Shown: positions 12,501 through 28,607 of the stretch, one piece after another
How positions within the stretch are numbered: the first letter of the stretch is position 1
Layout of the letters: the number at the start of each line of letters is the position of its first letter
Source: the human T2T-CHM13v2.0 reference genome, Homo sapiens
DNA length: 64,000 nt
NCBI RefSeq assembly: GCF_009914755.1
Contig: NC_060925.1
Strand: one strand, 5' to 3'
Position numbers and translations under genes: made by a program
The notes under the pieces: model-generated
What the model saw: only the letters and a program-made list of their open reading frames with translations
Databases searched by the model: none
What the model was told of the DNA's origin: nothing

Positions 12501-15500
12501 TGGAATCATTGAATGGACTCGAAAGGGATCATGATTGAATGGAATTGAATGGAATCATCGAATGGTCTCGATTGGAATCATTATCAAATGGAATCGAATG
12601 GAATCATCGAATAGAATCGAATGGAACAATCATCGAATGGACTCAAATGGAATTATCCTCAAATGGAATCGAATGGAATTATCGAATGCAATCGAATGGA
12701 ATTATCGAATGCAATCGAATAGAATCATCGAATGGACTCGATTGGAATCATCGAATGGAATGGAATGGAACAGTCAATGAACACGAATGGAATCATCATT
12801 GAATGGAATCGAATGTAATCATCGAGTGGAATCGAATGGAATTATGATCAAATGGAATCGAATGTAATCATCATCAAATGGAATCAAAAATAACCATCAT
12901 CAATTGGTATTGAATGGAATTGTCATCAAATGGAATTCAAAGGAATCATCATCAAATGGAACCGAATGGAATCCTCATTGAATGGAAATGAAAGGGGTCA
13001 TCATCTAATGGAATCGCATGGAATCATCATCAAATGGAATCGAATGGAATCATCATCAAATGGAATCTAATGGAATCATTGAACAGAATTGAATGGAATC
13101 GTCATCGAATGAATTGAATGCAATCATCGAATGGTCTCGAATGGAATCATCTTCTAATGGAAAGGAATGGAATCATCGCATAGAATCGAATGGAATTATC
13201 ATCGAATGGAATCGAATGGTATCAACACCAAACGGAAAAAAACGGAATTATCGAATGGAATCGAAGAGAATCTTCGAACGGACCCGAATGGAATCATCTA
13301 ATGGAATGGAATGGAATAATCCATGGACTCGAATGCAATCATCATCGAATGGAATCGAATGGAATCATCGAATGGACTCGAATGGAATAATCATTGAACG
13401 GAATCGAATGGAATCATCATCGGATGGAAACGAATGGAATCATCATCGAATGGAAATGAAAGGAGTCATCATCTAATGCAATTGCATGGAATCATCATCA
13501 AATGGAATCGAATGGAATCAACATCAAATGGAATCTAATGGAATCATTGAACAGAATTGAATGGAATCGTCATCGAATGAATTGACTGCAATCATCGAAT
13601 GGTCTCGAATGGAATCATCTTCTAATGGAAAGGAATGGAATCATCGCATAGAATCGAATGGAATTATCATCGAATGGAATCGAATGGTATCAACACCAAA
13701 CGGAAAAAAACGGAATTATCGAAAGGAATCGAAGAGAATCTTCGAACGGACCCGAATGGAATCATCTAATGGAATGGAATGGAATAATCCATGGACTCGA
13801 ATGCAATCATCATCGAATGGAATCGAATGGAATCATCGAATGGACTCGAATGGAATAATCATTGAACGGAATCGAATGGAATCATCATCGGATGGAAATG
13901 AATGGAATCATCATCGAATGGAATCGAATAGAATTATGGAATGAAATCCAGTGTGATCATCATCGAATGGACCCGAATGGAATCATCATCCAACAGAAGC
14001 TAATGGAATCAACATCGAATGAATCGAATGGAAACACCATCGAATTCAAACGAATGGAATTACCATGAAATTGAAATGGATGGACTCATCATCGAATGGA
14101 TTCGGATGGAATCATCGAATAAAATTGATTGAAATCATCATCGAATGGAATCGAATGGTATCATTGAATGGAATCGAATGGAATCATCATCAGATGGAAA
14201 TGAATGGAATCGTCATAGAATGGAATCGAATGGATTCATTGAATGGAATCAGATGGAATCATCGAATGGACTGGAATGGAATCATTGAATGGACTCGAAA
14301 GGGATCATGATTGAATGGAATTGAATGGAATCATCGAATGGTCTCGATTGGAATCATTATTAAATGGAATCGAATGGAATCACCGAATAGAATCGAATGG
14401 AACAATCATCGAATGGACTCAAATGGAATTATCCTCAAATGGAATCGAATGGAATTATCAAATGCAATCGAATGGAATTATCGAATGCAATCGAATAGAA
14501 TCATCGAATGGACTCGAATGGAATCATCGAATGGAATGGAATGGAACAGTCAATGAACTCGAATGGAATCATCATTGAATGGAATCGAATGTAATCATCG
14601 AGTGGAATCGAATGGAATTATGATCAAATGGAATCGAATGTAATCATCATCAAATGGAATCAAAAATAACCATCATCAATTGGTATTGAATGGAATTGTC
14701 ATCAAATGGAATTCAAAGGAATCATCATCAAATGGAACCGAATGGAATCCTCATTGAATGGAAATGAAAGGGGTCATCATCTAATGGAATCGCATGGAAT
14801 CATCATCAAATGGAATCGAATGGAATCATCATCAAATGGAATCTAATGGAATCATTGAACAGAATTGAATGGAATCGTCATCGAATGAATTGAATGCAAT
14901 CATCGAATGGTCTCGAATGGAATCATCTTCTAATGGAAAGGAATGGAATCATCGCATAGAATCGAATGGAATTATCATCGAATGGAATCGAATGGTATCA
15001 ACACCAAACGGAAAAAAACGGAATTATCGAATGGAATCGAAGAGAATCTTCGAACGGACCCGAATGGAATCATCTAATGGAATGGAATGGAATAATCCAT
15101 GGACTCGAATGCAATCATCATCGAATGGAATCGAATGGAATCATCGAATGGACTCGAATGGAATAATCATTGAACGGAATCGAATGGAATCATCATCGGA
15201 TGGAAACGAATGGAATCATCATCGAATGGAAATGAAAGGAGTCATCATCTAATGCAATTGCATGGAATCATCATCAAATGGAATCGAATGGAATCAACAT
15301 CAAATGGAATCTAATGGAATCATTGAACAGAATTGAATGGAATCGTCATCGAATGAATTGACTGCAATCATCGAATGGTCTCGAATGGAATCATCTTCTA
15401 ATGGAAAGGAATGGAATCATCGCATAGAATCGAATGGAATTATCATCGAATGGAATCGAATGGTATCAACACCAAACGGAAAAAAACGGAATTATCGAAA

Positions 15501-18500
15501 GGAATCGAAGAGAATCTTCGAACGGACCCGAATGGAATCATCTAATGGAATGGAATGGAATAATCCATGGACTCGAATGCAATCATCATCGAATGGAATC
15601 GAATGGAATCATCGAATGGACTCGAATGGAATAATCATTGAACGGAATCGAATGGAATCATCATCGGATGGAAATGAATGGAATCATCATCGAATGGAAT
15701 CGAATAGAATTATGGAATGAAATCCAGTGTGATCATCATCGAATGGACCCGAATGGAATCATCATCCAACAGAAGCTAATGGAATCAACATCGAATGAAT
15801 CGAATGGAAACACCATCGAATTCAAACGAATGGAATTACCATGAAATTGAAATGGATGGACTCATCATCGAATGGATTCGGATGGAATCATCGAATAAAA
15901 TTGATTGAAATCATCATCGAATGGAATCGAATGGTATCATTGAATGGAATCGAATGGAATCATCATCAGATGGAAATGAATGGAATCGTCATAGAATGGA
16001 ATCGAATGGATTCATTGAATGGAATCAGATGGAATCATCGAATGGACTGGAATGGAATCATTGAATGGACTCGAAAGGGATCATGATTGAATGGAATTGA
16101 ATGGAATCATCGAATGGTCTCGATTGGAATCATTATTAAATGGAATCGAATGGAATCACCGAATAGAATCGAATGGAACAATCATCGAATGGACTCAAAT
16201 GGAATTATCCTCAAATGGAATCGAATGGAATTATCAAATGCAATCGAATGGAATTATCGAATGCAATCGAATAGAATCATCGAATGGACTCGAATGGAAT
16301 CATCGAATGGAATGGAATGGAACAGTCAATGAACTCGAATGGAATCATCATTGAATGGAATCGAATGTAATCATCGAGTGGAATCGAATGGAATTATGAT
16401 CAAATGGAATCGAATGTAATCATCATCAAATGGAATCAAAAATAACCATCATCAATTGGTATTGAATGGAATTGTCATCAAATGGAATTCAAAGGAATCA
16501 TCATCAAATGGAACCGAATGGAATCCTCATTGAATGGAAATGAAAGGGGTCATCATCTAATGGAATCGCATGGAATCATCATCAAATGGAATCGAATGGA
16601 ATCATCATCAAATGGAATCTAATGGAATCATTGAACAGAATTGAATGGAATCGTCATCGAATGAATTGAATGCAATCATCGAATGGTCTCGAATGGAATC
16701 ATCTTCTAATGGAAAGGAATGGAATCATCGCATAGAATCGAATGGAATTATCATCGAATGGAATCGAATGGTATCAACACCAAACGGAAAAAAACGGAAT
16801 TATCGAATGGAATCGAAGAGAATCTTCGAACGGACCCGAATGGAATCATCTAATGGAATGGAATGGAATAATCCATGGACTCGAATGCAATCATCATCGA
16901 ATGGAATCGAATGGAATCATCGAATGGACTCGAATGGAATAATCATTGAACGGAATCGAATGGAATCATCATCGGATGGAAACGAATGGAATCATCATCG
17001 AATGGAAATGAAAGGAGTCATCATCTAATGGAATTGCATGGAATCATCATAAAATGGAATCGAATGGAATCAACATCAAATGGAATCAAATGGAATCATT
17101 GAACGGAATTGAATGGAATCGTCATCGAATGAATTGACTGCAATCATCGAATGGTCTCGAATGGAATCATCTTCAAATGGAATGGAATGGAATCATCGCA
17201 TAGAATCGAATGGAATTATCAACGAATGGAATCGAATGGAATCAACATCAAATGGAAAAAAACAGAATTATCGTATGGAATCGAAGAGAATCATCGAGTG
17301 GACCCGAATGGAATCATCTAATGGAATGGAATGGAATAATCCATGGACTCGAATGCAATCATCATCGAATGGAATCGAATGGAATCATCGAATGGACTCG
17401 AATGGAATAATCATTGAACGGAATCGAATGGAATCATCATCGGATGGAAATGAATGGAATCATCATCGAATGGAATCGAATAGAATTATGGAATGAAATC
17501 CAGTGTGATCATCATCGAATGGACCCGAATGGAATCATCATCCAACGGAAGCTAATGGAATCAACATCGAATGAATCGAATGGAAACACCATCGAATTGA
17601 AACGAATGGAATTATCATGAAATTGAAATGGATGGACTCATCATCGAATGGATTCGAATGGAATCATCGAATAAAATTGATTGAAATCATCATCCAATGG
17701 AATCGAATGGTATCATTGAATGGAATCGAATGGAATCATCATCAGATGGAAATGAATGGAATCGTCATAGAATGGAATCGAATGGATTCATTGAATGGAA
17801 TCAGATGGAATCATCGAATGGACTGGAATGGAATCATTGAATGGACTCGAAAGGGATCATGATTGAATGGAATTGAATGGAATCATCGAATGGTCTCGAT
17901 TGGAATCATTATCAAATGGAATCGAATGGAATCATCGAATAGAATCGAATGGAACAATCATCGAATGGACTCAAATGGAATTATCCTCAAATGGAATCGA
18001 ATGGAATTATCGAATGCAATCGAATGGAATTATCGAATGCAATCGAATAGAATCATCGAATGGACTCGAATGGAATCATCGAATGGAATGGAATGGAACA
18101 GTCAATGAACACGAATGGAATCATCATTGAATGGAATCTAATGGAATCATCGAGTGGAATCGAATGGAATTATGATCAAATGGAATCGAATGTAATCATC
18201 ATCAAATGGAATCAAAAATAACCATCATCAATTGCTATTGAATGGAATTGTCATCAAATGGAATTCAAAGGAATCATCATCAAATGGAACCGAATGGAAT
18301 CCTCATTGAATGGAAATGAAAGGGGTCATCATCTAATGGAATCGCATGGAATCATCATCAAATGGAATCGAATGGAATCATCATCAAATGGAATCTAATG
18401 GAATCATTGAACAGAATTGAATGGAATCGTCATCGAATGAATTGAATGCAATCATCGAATGGTCTCGAATGGAATCATCTTCTAATGGAAAGGAATGGAA

Positions 18501-21500
18501 TCATCGCATAGAATCGAATGGAATTATCATCGAATGGAATCGAATGGTATCAACACCAAACGGAAAAAAACGGAATTATCGAATGGAATCGAAGAGAATC
18601 TTCGAACGGACCCGAATGGAATCATCTAATGGAATGGAATGGAATAATCCATGGACTCGAATGCAATCATCATCGAATGGAATCGAATGGAATCATCGAA
18701 TGGACTCGAATGGAATAATCATTGAACGGAATCGAATGGAATCATCATCGGATGGAAACGAATGGAATCATCATCGAATGGAAATGAAAGGAGTCATCAT
18801 CTAATGCAATTGCATGGAATCATCATCAAATAGAATCGAATGGAATCAACATCAAATGGAATCTAATGGAATCATTGAACAGAATTGAATGGAATCGTCA
18901 TCGAATGAATTGACTGCAATCATCGAATGGTCTCGAATGGAATCATATTCAAATGGAATGGAATGGAATCATCGCATAGAATCGAATGGAATTATCATCG
19001 AATGGAATCGAATGGAATCAACAACAAACGGAAAAAAACGGAATTATCGAATGGAATCGAAGAGAATCATCGAATGGACCCGAATGGAATCATCTAATGG
19101 AATGGAATGGAATAATCCATGGACTCGAATGCAATCATCATCGAATGGAATCGAATGGAATCATCGAATGGACTCGAATGGAATAATCATTGAACGGAAT
19201 CGAATGGAATCATCATCGGATGGAAATGAATGGAATCATCATCGAATGGAATCGAATAGAATTATGGAATGAAATCCAGTGTGATCATCATCGAATGGAC
19301 CCGAATGGAATCATCATCCAACGGAAGCTAATGGAATCAACATCGAATGAATCAAATGGAAACACCATCGAATTGAAACGAATGGAATTATCATGAAATT
19401 GAAACGGATGGACTCATCATCGAATGGATTCGAATGGAATCATCGAATAAAATTGATTGAAATCATCATCGAATGGAATCGAATGGTATCATTGAATGGA
19501 ATCGAATGGAATCATCATCAGATGGAAATGAATGGAATCGTCATAGAATGGAATCGAATGGATTCATTGAATGGAATCAGATGGAATCATCGAATGGACT
19601 GGAATGGAATCATTGAATGGACTCGAAAGGGATCATGATTGAATGGAATTGAATGGAATCATCGAATGGTCTCGATTGGAATCATTATCAAATGGAATCG
19701 AATGGAATCACCGAATAGAATCGAATGGAACAATCATCGAATGGACTCAAATGGAATTATCCTCAAATGGAATCGAATGGAATTATCGAATGCAATCGAA
19801 TGGAATTATCGAATGCAATCGAATAGAATCATCGAATGGACTCGAATGGAATCATCGAATGGAATGGAATGGAACAGTCAATGAACTCGAATGGAATCAT
19901 CATTGAATGGAATCGAATGGAATCATCGAGTGGAATCGAATGGAATTATGATCAAATGGAATCGAATGTAATCATCATCAAATGGAATCAAAAATAACCA
20001 TCATCAATTGGTATTGAATGGAATTGTCATCAAATGGAATTCAAAGGAATCATCATCAAATGGAACCGAATGGAATCCTCATTGAATGGAAATGAAAGGG
20101 GTCATCATCTAATGGAATCGCATGGAATCATCATCAAATGGAATCGAATGGAATCATCATCAAATGGAATCTAATGGAATCATTGAACAGAATTGAATGG
20201 AATCGTCATCGAATGAATTGAATGCAATCATCGAATGGTCTCGAATGGAATCATCTTCTAATGGAAAGGAATGGAATCATCGCATAGAATCGAATGGAAT
20301 TATCATCGAATGGAATCGAATGGTATCAACACCAAACGGAAAAAAACGGAATTATCGAATGGAATCGAAGAGAATCTTCGAACGGACCCGAATGGAATCA
20401 TCTAATGGAATGGAATGGAATAATCCATGGACTCGAATGCAATCATCATCGAATGGAATCGAATGGAATCATCGAATGGACTCGAATGGAATAATCATTG
20501 AACGGAATCGAATGGAATCATTATCAGATGGAAACGAATGGAATCATCATCGAATGGAAATGAAAGGAGTCATCATCTAATGGAATTGCATGGAATCATC
20601 ATAAAATGGAATCGAATGGAATCAACATCAAATGGAATCAAATGGAATCAATGAACGGAATTGAATGGAATCGTCATCGAATGAATTGACTGCAATCATC
20701 GAATGGTCTCGAATGGAATCATCTTCAAATGGAATGGAATGGAATCATCGCATAGAATCGAATGGAATTATCATCGAATGGAATCGAATGGAATCAACAT
20801 CAAACGGAAAAAAACGGAATTATCGTATGGAATCGAAGAGAATCATCGAATGGACCCGAATGGAATCATCTAATGGAATGGAATGGAATAATCCATGGAC
20901 TCGAATGCAATCATCATCGAATGGATTCGAATGGAATCATCGAATGGACTCGAATGGAATAATCATTGAACGGAATAGAATGGAATCATCATCGGATGGA
21001 AATGAATGGAATCATCATCGAATGGAATCGAATAGAATTATGGAATGAAATCCAGTGTGATCATCATCGAATGGACCCGAATGGAATCATCATCCAACGG
21101 AAGCTAATGGAATCAACATCGAATGAATCGAATGGAAACACCATCGAATTGAAACGAATGGAATTATCATGAAATTGAAATGGATGGACTCATCATCGAA
21201 TGGATTCGAATGGAATCATCGAATAAAATTGATTGAAATCATCATCGAATGGAATCGAATGGTATCATTGAATGGAATCGAATGGAATCATCATCAGATG
21301 GAAATGAATGGAATCGTCATAGAATGGAATCGAATGGATTCATTGAATGGAATCAGATGGAATCATCGAATGGACTGGAATGGAATCATTGAATGGACTC
21401 GAAAGGGACCATGATTGAATGGAATTGAATGGAATCATCGAATGGTCTCGATTGGAATCATTATCAAATGGAATCGAATGGAATCACCGAATAGAATCGA

Positions 21501-21972
21501 ATGGAACAATCATCGAATGGACTCAAATGGAATTATCCTCAAATGGAATCGAATGGAATTATCGAATGCAATCGAATGGAATTATCGAATGCAATCGAAT
21601 AGAATCATCGAATGGACTCGAATGGAATCATCGAATGGAATGGAATGGAACAGTCAATGAACTCGAATGGAATCATCATTGAATGGAATCGAATGGAATC
21701 ATCGAGTGGAACCGAATGGAATTATGATCAAATGGAATCGAATGTAATCATCATCAAATGGAATCAAAAATAACCATCATCAATTGGTATTGAATGGAAT
21801 TCTCATCAAATGGAATTCAAAGGAATCATCATCAAATGGAACCGAATGGAATCCTCATTGAATGGAAATGAAAGGGGTCATCATCTAATGGAATCGCAAG
21901 GAATCATCATAAAATGGAATCGAATGGAATCAACATCAAATGGAATCAAATGGAATCATTGAACGGAATTGA

Positions 21973-24900
21973 ATGGAATCGTCATCGAATGAATTGACTA
22001 CAATCACCGAATGGTCTCGAATGGAATCATCTTCAAATGGAATGGAATGGAATCATCGCATAGAATCGAATGGAATTATCATCGAATGGAATCGAATGGT
22101 ATCAACATCAAACGGAAAAAAACGGAATTATCGAATCGAATCGAAGAGAATCTTCGAACGGACCCGAATGGAATCATCTAATGGAATGGAATGGAATAAT
22201 CCATGGACTCGAATGCAATCATCATCGAATGGAATCGAATGGAATCATCGAATGGACTTGAATGGAATAATCATTGAACGGAATCGAATGGAATCATCAT
22301 CGGATGGAAACGAATGGAATCATCATCGAATGGAATCGAATAGAATTATGGAATGAAATCCAGTGTGATCATCATCGAATGGACCCGAATGGAATCATCA
22401 TCCAACGGAAGCTAATGGAATCAACATCGAATGAATCGAATGGAAACACCATCGAATTGAAACGAATGGAATTACCAAGAAAATGAAATGGATGGACTCA
22501 TCATCGAATGGATTCGAATGGAATCATCGAATAAAATTGATTGAAATCATCATCCAATGGAATCGAATGGTATCATTGAATGGAATCGAATGGAATCATA
22601 ATCAGATGGAAATGAATGGAATCGTCATAGAATGGAATCGAATGGATTCATTGAATGGAATCAGATGGAATCATTGAATGGACTGGAATGGAATCATTGA
22701 ATGGACACGAAAGGGATCATTATTGAATGGAATTGAATGGAATCATCGAATGGTCTCGATTGGAATCATTATCAAAAGGAATCGAATGGAATCACCGAAT
22801 AGAATCGAATGGAACAATCATCGAATGGACTCAAATGGAATTATCCTCCAATGGAATGGAATGGAATTATCGAATGCAATCGAATGGAATTATCGAATGC
22901 AATCGAATAGAATCATCGAATGGACTCGAATGGAATCATCGAATGGAATGGAATGGAACAGTCAATGAACTCGAATGGAATCATCATTGAATGGAATCGA
23001 ATGGAATCATCGAGTGGAATCGAATGGAATTATGATCAAATGGAATCGAATGTAATCATCATCAAATGGAATCAAAAATAACCATCATCAATTGGTATTG
23101 AATGGAATTGTCATCAAATGGAATTCAAAGGAATCATCATCAAATGGAACCGAATGGAATCCTCATTGAATGGAAATGAAAGGGGTCATCATCTAATGGA
23201 ATCGCATGGAATCATCATCAAATGGAATCGAATGGAATCATCATCAAATGGAATCTAATGGAATCATTGAAAAGAATTGAATGGAATCGTCATCGAATGA
23301 ATTGAATGCAATCATCGAATGGTCTCGAATGGAATCATCTTCTAATGGAAAGGAATGGAATCATCGCATAGAATCGAATGGAATTATCATCGAATGGAAT
23401 CGAATGGAATCAACATCAAACGGAAAAAAACGGAATTATCGAATGGAATCGAAGAGAATCATCGAATGGACCCGAATGGAATCATCTAATGGAATGGCAT
23501 GGAATAATCCATGGACTCGAATGCAATCATCATCGAATGGAATCGAATGGAATCATCGAATGGACCCGAATGGAATAATCATTGAACGGAATCGAATGGA
23601 ATCATCATCGGATGGAAACGAATGGAATCATCATCGAATGGAAATGAAAGGAGTCATCATCTAATGCAATTGCATGGAATCATCATCAAATGGAATCGAA
23701 TGGAATCAACATCAAATGGAATCAAATGGAATCATTGAACGGAATTGAATGGAATCGTCATCGAATGAATTGAATGCAATCATCGAATGGTCTCGAATAC
23801 AATCATCTTCAAATGGAATGGAATGGAATCATCGCATAGAATCGAATGGAATTATCATCGAATGGAATCGAACGGTATCAACATCAAACGGAAAAAAACG
23901 GAATTATCGAATGGAATCGAAGAGAATCCTCGAACGGACCCGAATGGAATCATCAAATGGAATGGAATGGAATAATCCATGGAGTCGAATGCAATCATCA
24001 TCGAATGGAATCGAATGGAATCATCGAATGGACTCGAATGGAATAATCATTGAAGGGAATCGAATGGAATAATCTTCGGATGGAAACGAATGGAATCATC
24101 ATCGAATGGAAATGAAAGGAGTCATCATCTAATGGAATTGCATGGAATCATCATAAAATGGAATCGAATGGAATCAACATCAAATGGAATCAAATGGAAT
24201 CATTGAACGGAATTGAATGGAATCGTCATCGAATGAATTGACTGCAATCATCGAATGGTCTCGAATGGAATCATCTTCAAATGGAATGGAATGGAATCAT
24301 CGCATAGAATCGAATGGAATTATCATCGAATGGAATCGAATGGAATCAACATCAAACGGAAAAAAACGGAATTATCGAATGGAATCGAAGAGAATCATCG
24401 AATGGACCCGAATGGAATCATCTAATGGAATGGAATGGAATAATCCATGGACTCGAATGCAATCATCATCGAATGGAATCGAATGGAATCATCGAATGGA
24501 CTCGAATGGAATAATCATTGAACGGAATCGAATGGAATCATCATCGGATGGAAATGAATGGAATCATCATCGAATGGAATCGAATAGAATTATGGAATGA
24601 AATCCAGTGTGATCATCATCGAATGGACCCGAATGGAATCATCATCCAACGGAAGCTAATGGAATCAACATCGAATGAATCGAATGGAAACACCATCGAA
24701 TTGAAACGAATGGAATTATCATGAAATTGAAATGGATGGACTCATCATCGAATGGATTCGAATGGAATCATCGAATAAAATTGATTGAAATCATCATCGA
24801 ATGGAATCGAATGGTATCATTGAATGGAATCGAATGGAATCATCATCAGATGGAAATGAATGGAATTGTCATAGAATGGAATCGAATGGATTCATTGAAT

Positions 24901-27900
24901 GGAATCAGATGGAATCATCGAATGGACTGGAATGGAATCATTGAATGGACTCGAAAGGGATCATGATTGAATGGAATTGAATGGAATCATCGAATGGTCT
25001 CGATTGGAATCATTATCAAATGGAATCGAATGGAATCACCGAATAGAATCGAATGGAGCAATCATCGAATGGACTCAAATGGAATTATCCTCCAATGGAA
25101 TCGAATGGAATTATCGAATGCAATCGAATGGAATTATCGAATGCAATCGAATAGAATCATCGAAAGGACTCGAATGGAATCATCGAATGGAATGGAATGG
25201 AACAGTCAATGAACTCGAATGGAATCATCATTGAATGGAATCCAATGGAATCATCGAGTGGAATCGAATGGAATTATGATCAAATGGAATCGAATGTAAT
25301 CATCATCAAATGGAATCAAAAATAACCATCATCAATTGGTATTGAATGGAATTGTCATCAAATGGAATTCAAAGGAATCATCATCAAATGGAACCGAATG
25401 GAATCCTCATTGAATGGAAATGAAAGGGGTCATCATCTAATGGAATCGCATGGAATCATCATCAAATGGAATCGAATGGAATCATCATCAAATGGAATCT
25501 AATGGAATCATTGAACAGAATTGAATGGAATCGTCATCGAATGAATTGAATGCAATCATCGAATGGTCTCGAATGGAATCATCTTCTAATGGAAAGGAAT
25601 GGAATCATCGCATAGAATCGAATGGAATTATCATCGAATGGAATCGAATGGTATCAACACCAAACGGAAAAAAACGGAATTATCGAATGGAATCGAAGAG
25701 AATCTTCGAACGGACCCGAATGGAATCATCTAATGGAATGGAATGGAATAATCCATGGACTCGAATGCAATCATCATCGAATGGAATCGAATGGAGTCAT
25801 CGAATGGACTCGAATGGAATAATCATTGAACGGAATCGAATGGAATCATCATCGGATGGAAACGAATGGAATCATCATCGAATGGAAATGAAAGGAGTCA
25901 TCATCTAATGGAATTTCATGGAATCATCATAAAATGGAATCGAATGGAATCAACATCAAATGGAATCAAATGGAATCATTGAACGGAATTGAATGGAATC
26001 GTCATCGAATGAATTGACTGCAATCATCGAATGGTCTCGAACGGAATCATCTTCAAATGGAATGGAATGGAATCATCGCATAGAATCGAATGGAATTATC
26101 ATCGAATGGAATCGAATGGAATCAACATCAAACGGAAAAAAACAGAATTATCGTATGGAATCTAAGAGAATCATCGAATGGACCCGAATGGAATCATCTA
26201 ATGGAATGGAATGGAATAATCCATGGACTCGAATGCAATCATCATCGAATGGAATCGAATGGAATCATCGAATGGACTCGAATGGAATAATAATTGAACG
26301 GAATCGAATGGAATCATCATCGGATGGAAATGAATGGAATCATCATCGAATGGAATCGAATAGAATTATGGAATGAAATCCAGTGTGATCATCATCGAAT
26401 GGACCCGAATGGAATCATCATCCAACGGAAGCTAATGGAATCAACATCGAATGAATCGAATGGAAACACCATCGAATTGAAACGAATGGAATTATCATGA
26501 AATTGAAATGGATGGACACATCATCGAATGGATTCGAATGGAATCATCGAATAAAATTGATTGAAATCATCATCAAATGGAATCGAATGGTATCATTGAA
26601 TGGAATCGAATGGAATCATCATCAGATGGAAATGAATGGAATCGTCATAGAATGGAATCGAATGGATTCATTGAATGGAATCAGATGGAATCATCGAATG
26701 GACTGGAATGGAATCATTGAATGGACTCGAAAGGGATCATTATTGAATGGAATTGAATGGAATCATCGAATGGTCTCGATTGGAATCATTATCAAATGGA
26801 ATCGAATGGAATCACCGAATAGAATCGAATGGAACAATCATCGAATGGACTCAAATGGAATTATCCTCAAATGGAATCGAATGGAATTATCGAATGCAAT
26901 CGAATGGAATTATCGAATGCAATCGAATAGAATCATCGAATGGACTCGAATGGAATCATCGAATGGAATGGAATGGAACAGTCAATGAACTCGAATGGAA
27001 TCATCACTGAATGGAATCGAAAGGAATCATCGAGTGGAATCGAATGGAATTATGATCAAATGGAATCGAATGTAATCATCATCAAATGGAATCAAAAATA
27101 ACCATCATCAATTGGTATTGAATGGAATTGTCATCAAATGGAATTCAATGAATCATCATCAAATGGAACCGAATGGAATCCTCATTGAATGGAAATGAAA
27201 GGGGTCATCATCTAATGGAATCGCATGGAATCATCATCAAATGGAATCGAATGGAATCATCATCAAATGGAATCTAATGGAATCATTGAACAGAATTGAA
27301 TGGAATCGTCATCGAATGAATTGAATGCAATCATCGAATGGTCTCGAATGGAATCATCTTCTAATGGAAAGGAATGGAATCATCGCATAGAATCGAATGG
27401 AATTATCATCGAATGGAATCGAATGGTATCAACACCAAACGGAAAAAAACGGAATTATCGAATGGAATCGAAGAGAATCTTCGAACGGACCCGAATGGAA
27501 TCATCTAATGGAATGGAATGGAATAATCCATGGACTCGAATGCAATCATCATCGAATGGAATCGAATGGAATCATCGAATGGACTCGAATGGAATAATCA
27601 TTGAACGGAATAGAATGGAATCATCATCGGATGGAAATGAATGGAATCATCATCGAATGGAATCGAATAGAATTATGGAATGAAATCCAGTGTGATCATC
27701 ATCGAATGGACCCCAATGGAATCATCATCCAACGGAAGCTAATGGAATCAACATCGAATGAATCTAATGGAAACACCATTGAATTGAAACGAATGGAATT
27801 ATCATGAAATTGAAATGGATGGACTCATCATCGAATGGATTCGAATGGAATCATCGAATAAAATTGATTGAAATCATCATCGAATGGAATCGAATGGTAT

Positions 27901-28607
27901 CATTGAATGGAATCGAATGGAATCATCATCAGATGGAAATGAATGGAATCGTCATAGAATGGAATCGAATGGATTCATTGAATGAAATCAGATGGAATCA
28001 TCGAATGGACTGGAATGGAATCATTGAATGGACTCGAAAGGGATCATTATTGAATGGAATTGAATGGAATCATCGAATGGTCTCGATTGGAATCATTATC
28101 AAATGGAATCGAATGGAATCACCGAATAGAATCGAATGGAACAATCATCGAATGGACTCAAATGGAATTATCCTCCAATGGAATCGAATGGAATTATCGA
28201 ATGCAATCGAATGGAATTATCGAATGCAATCTAATAGAATCATCGAATGGACTCGAATGGAATCATCGAATGGAATGGAATGGAACAGTCAATGAACTCG
28301 AATGGAATCATCATTGAATGGAATCGAATGGAATCATCGAGTGGAATCGAATGGAATTATGATCAAATGGAATCGAATGTAATCATCATCAAATGGAGTC
28401 AAAAATAACCATCATCAATTGGTATTGAATGGAATTGTCATCAAATGGAATTCAAAGGAATCATCATCAAATGGAACCGAATGGAATCCTCATTGAATGG
28501 AAATGAAAGGGGTCATCATCTAATGGAATCGCATGGAATCATCATCAAATGGAATCGAATGGAATCATCATCAAATGGAATCTAATGGAATCATTGAACA
28601 GAATTGA
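21973..28607 (+). repeat. Irregular module order B-A-A-B-A-B-B
   Basis: Starts: 21973 B, 23281 A, 23749 A, 24217 B, 25525 A, 25993 B (1307 bp, 1-bp loss near 27149), 27300 B with an A-type front. Confidence 0.88.

Larger units (their letters stand above)
5989..21972 (+). repeat. Nine consecutive length-perfect 1776-bp (A+B) units
   Basis: A starts at 5989, 7765, 9541, 11317, 13093, 14869, 16645, 18421 and 20197, with the next module at 21973. 15984 = 9 x 1776. Confidence 0.95.

Noticed and set aside
5989-21972. Module lengths 468, 1308, 1776, 147 and 615 are all multiples of 3
   Set aside because: Every module contains stops, and other common lengths (1285, 595, 1307, 4612) break frame. The sums are also not independent of each other.
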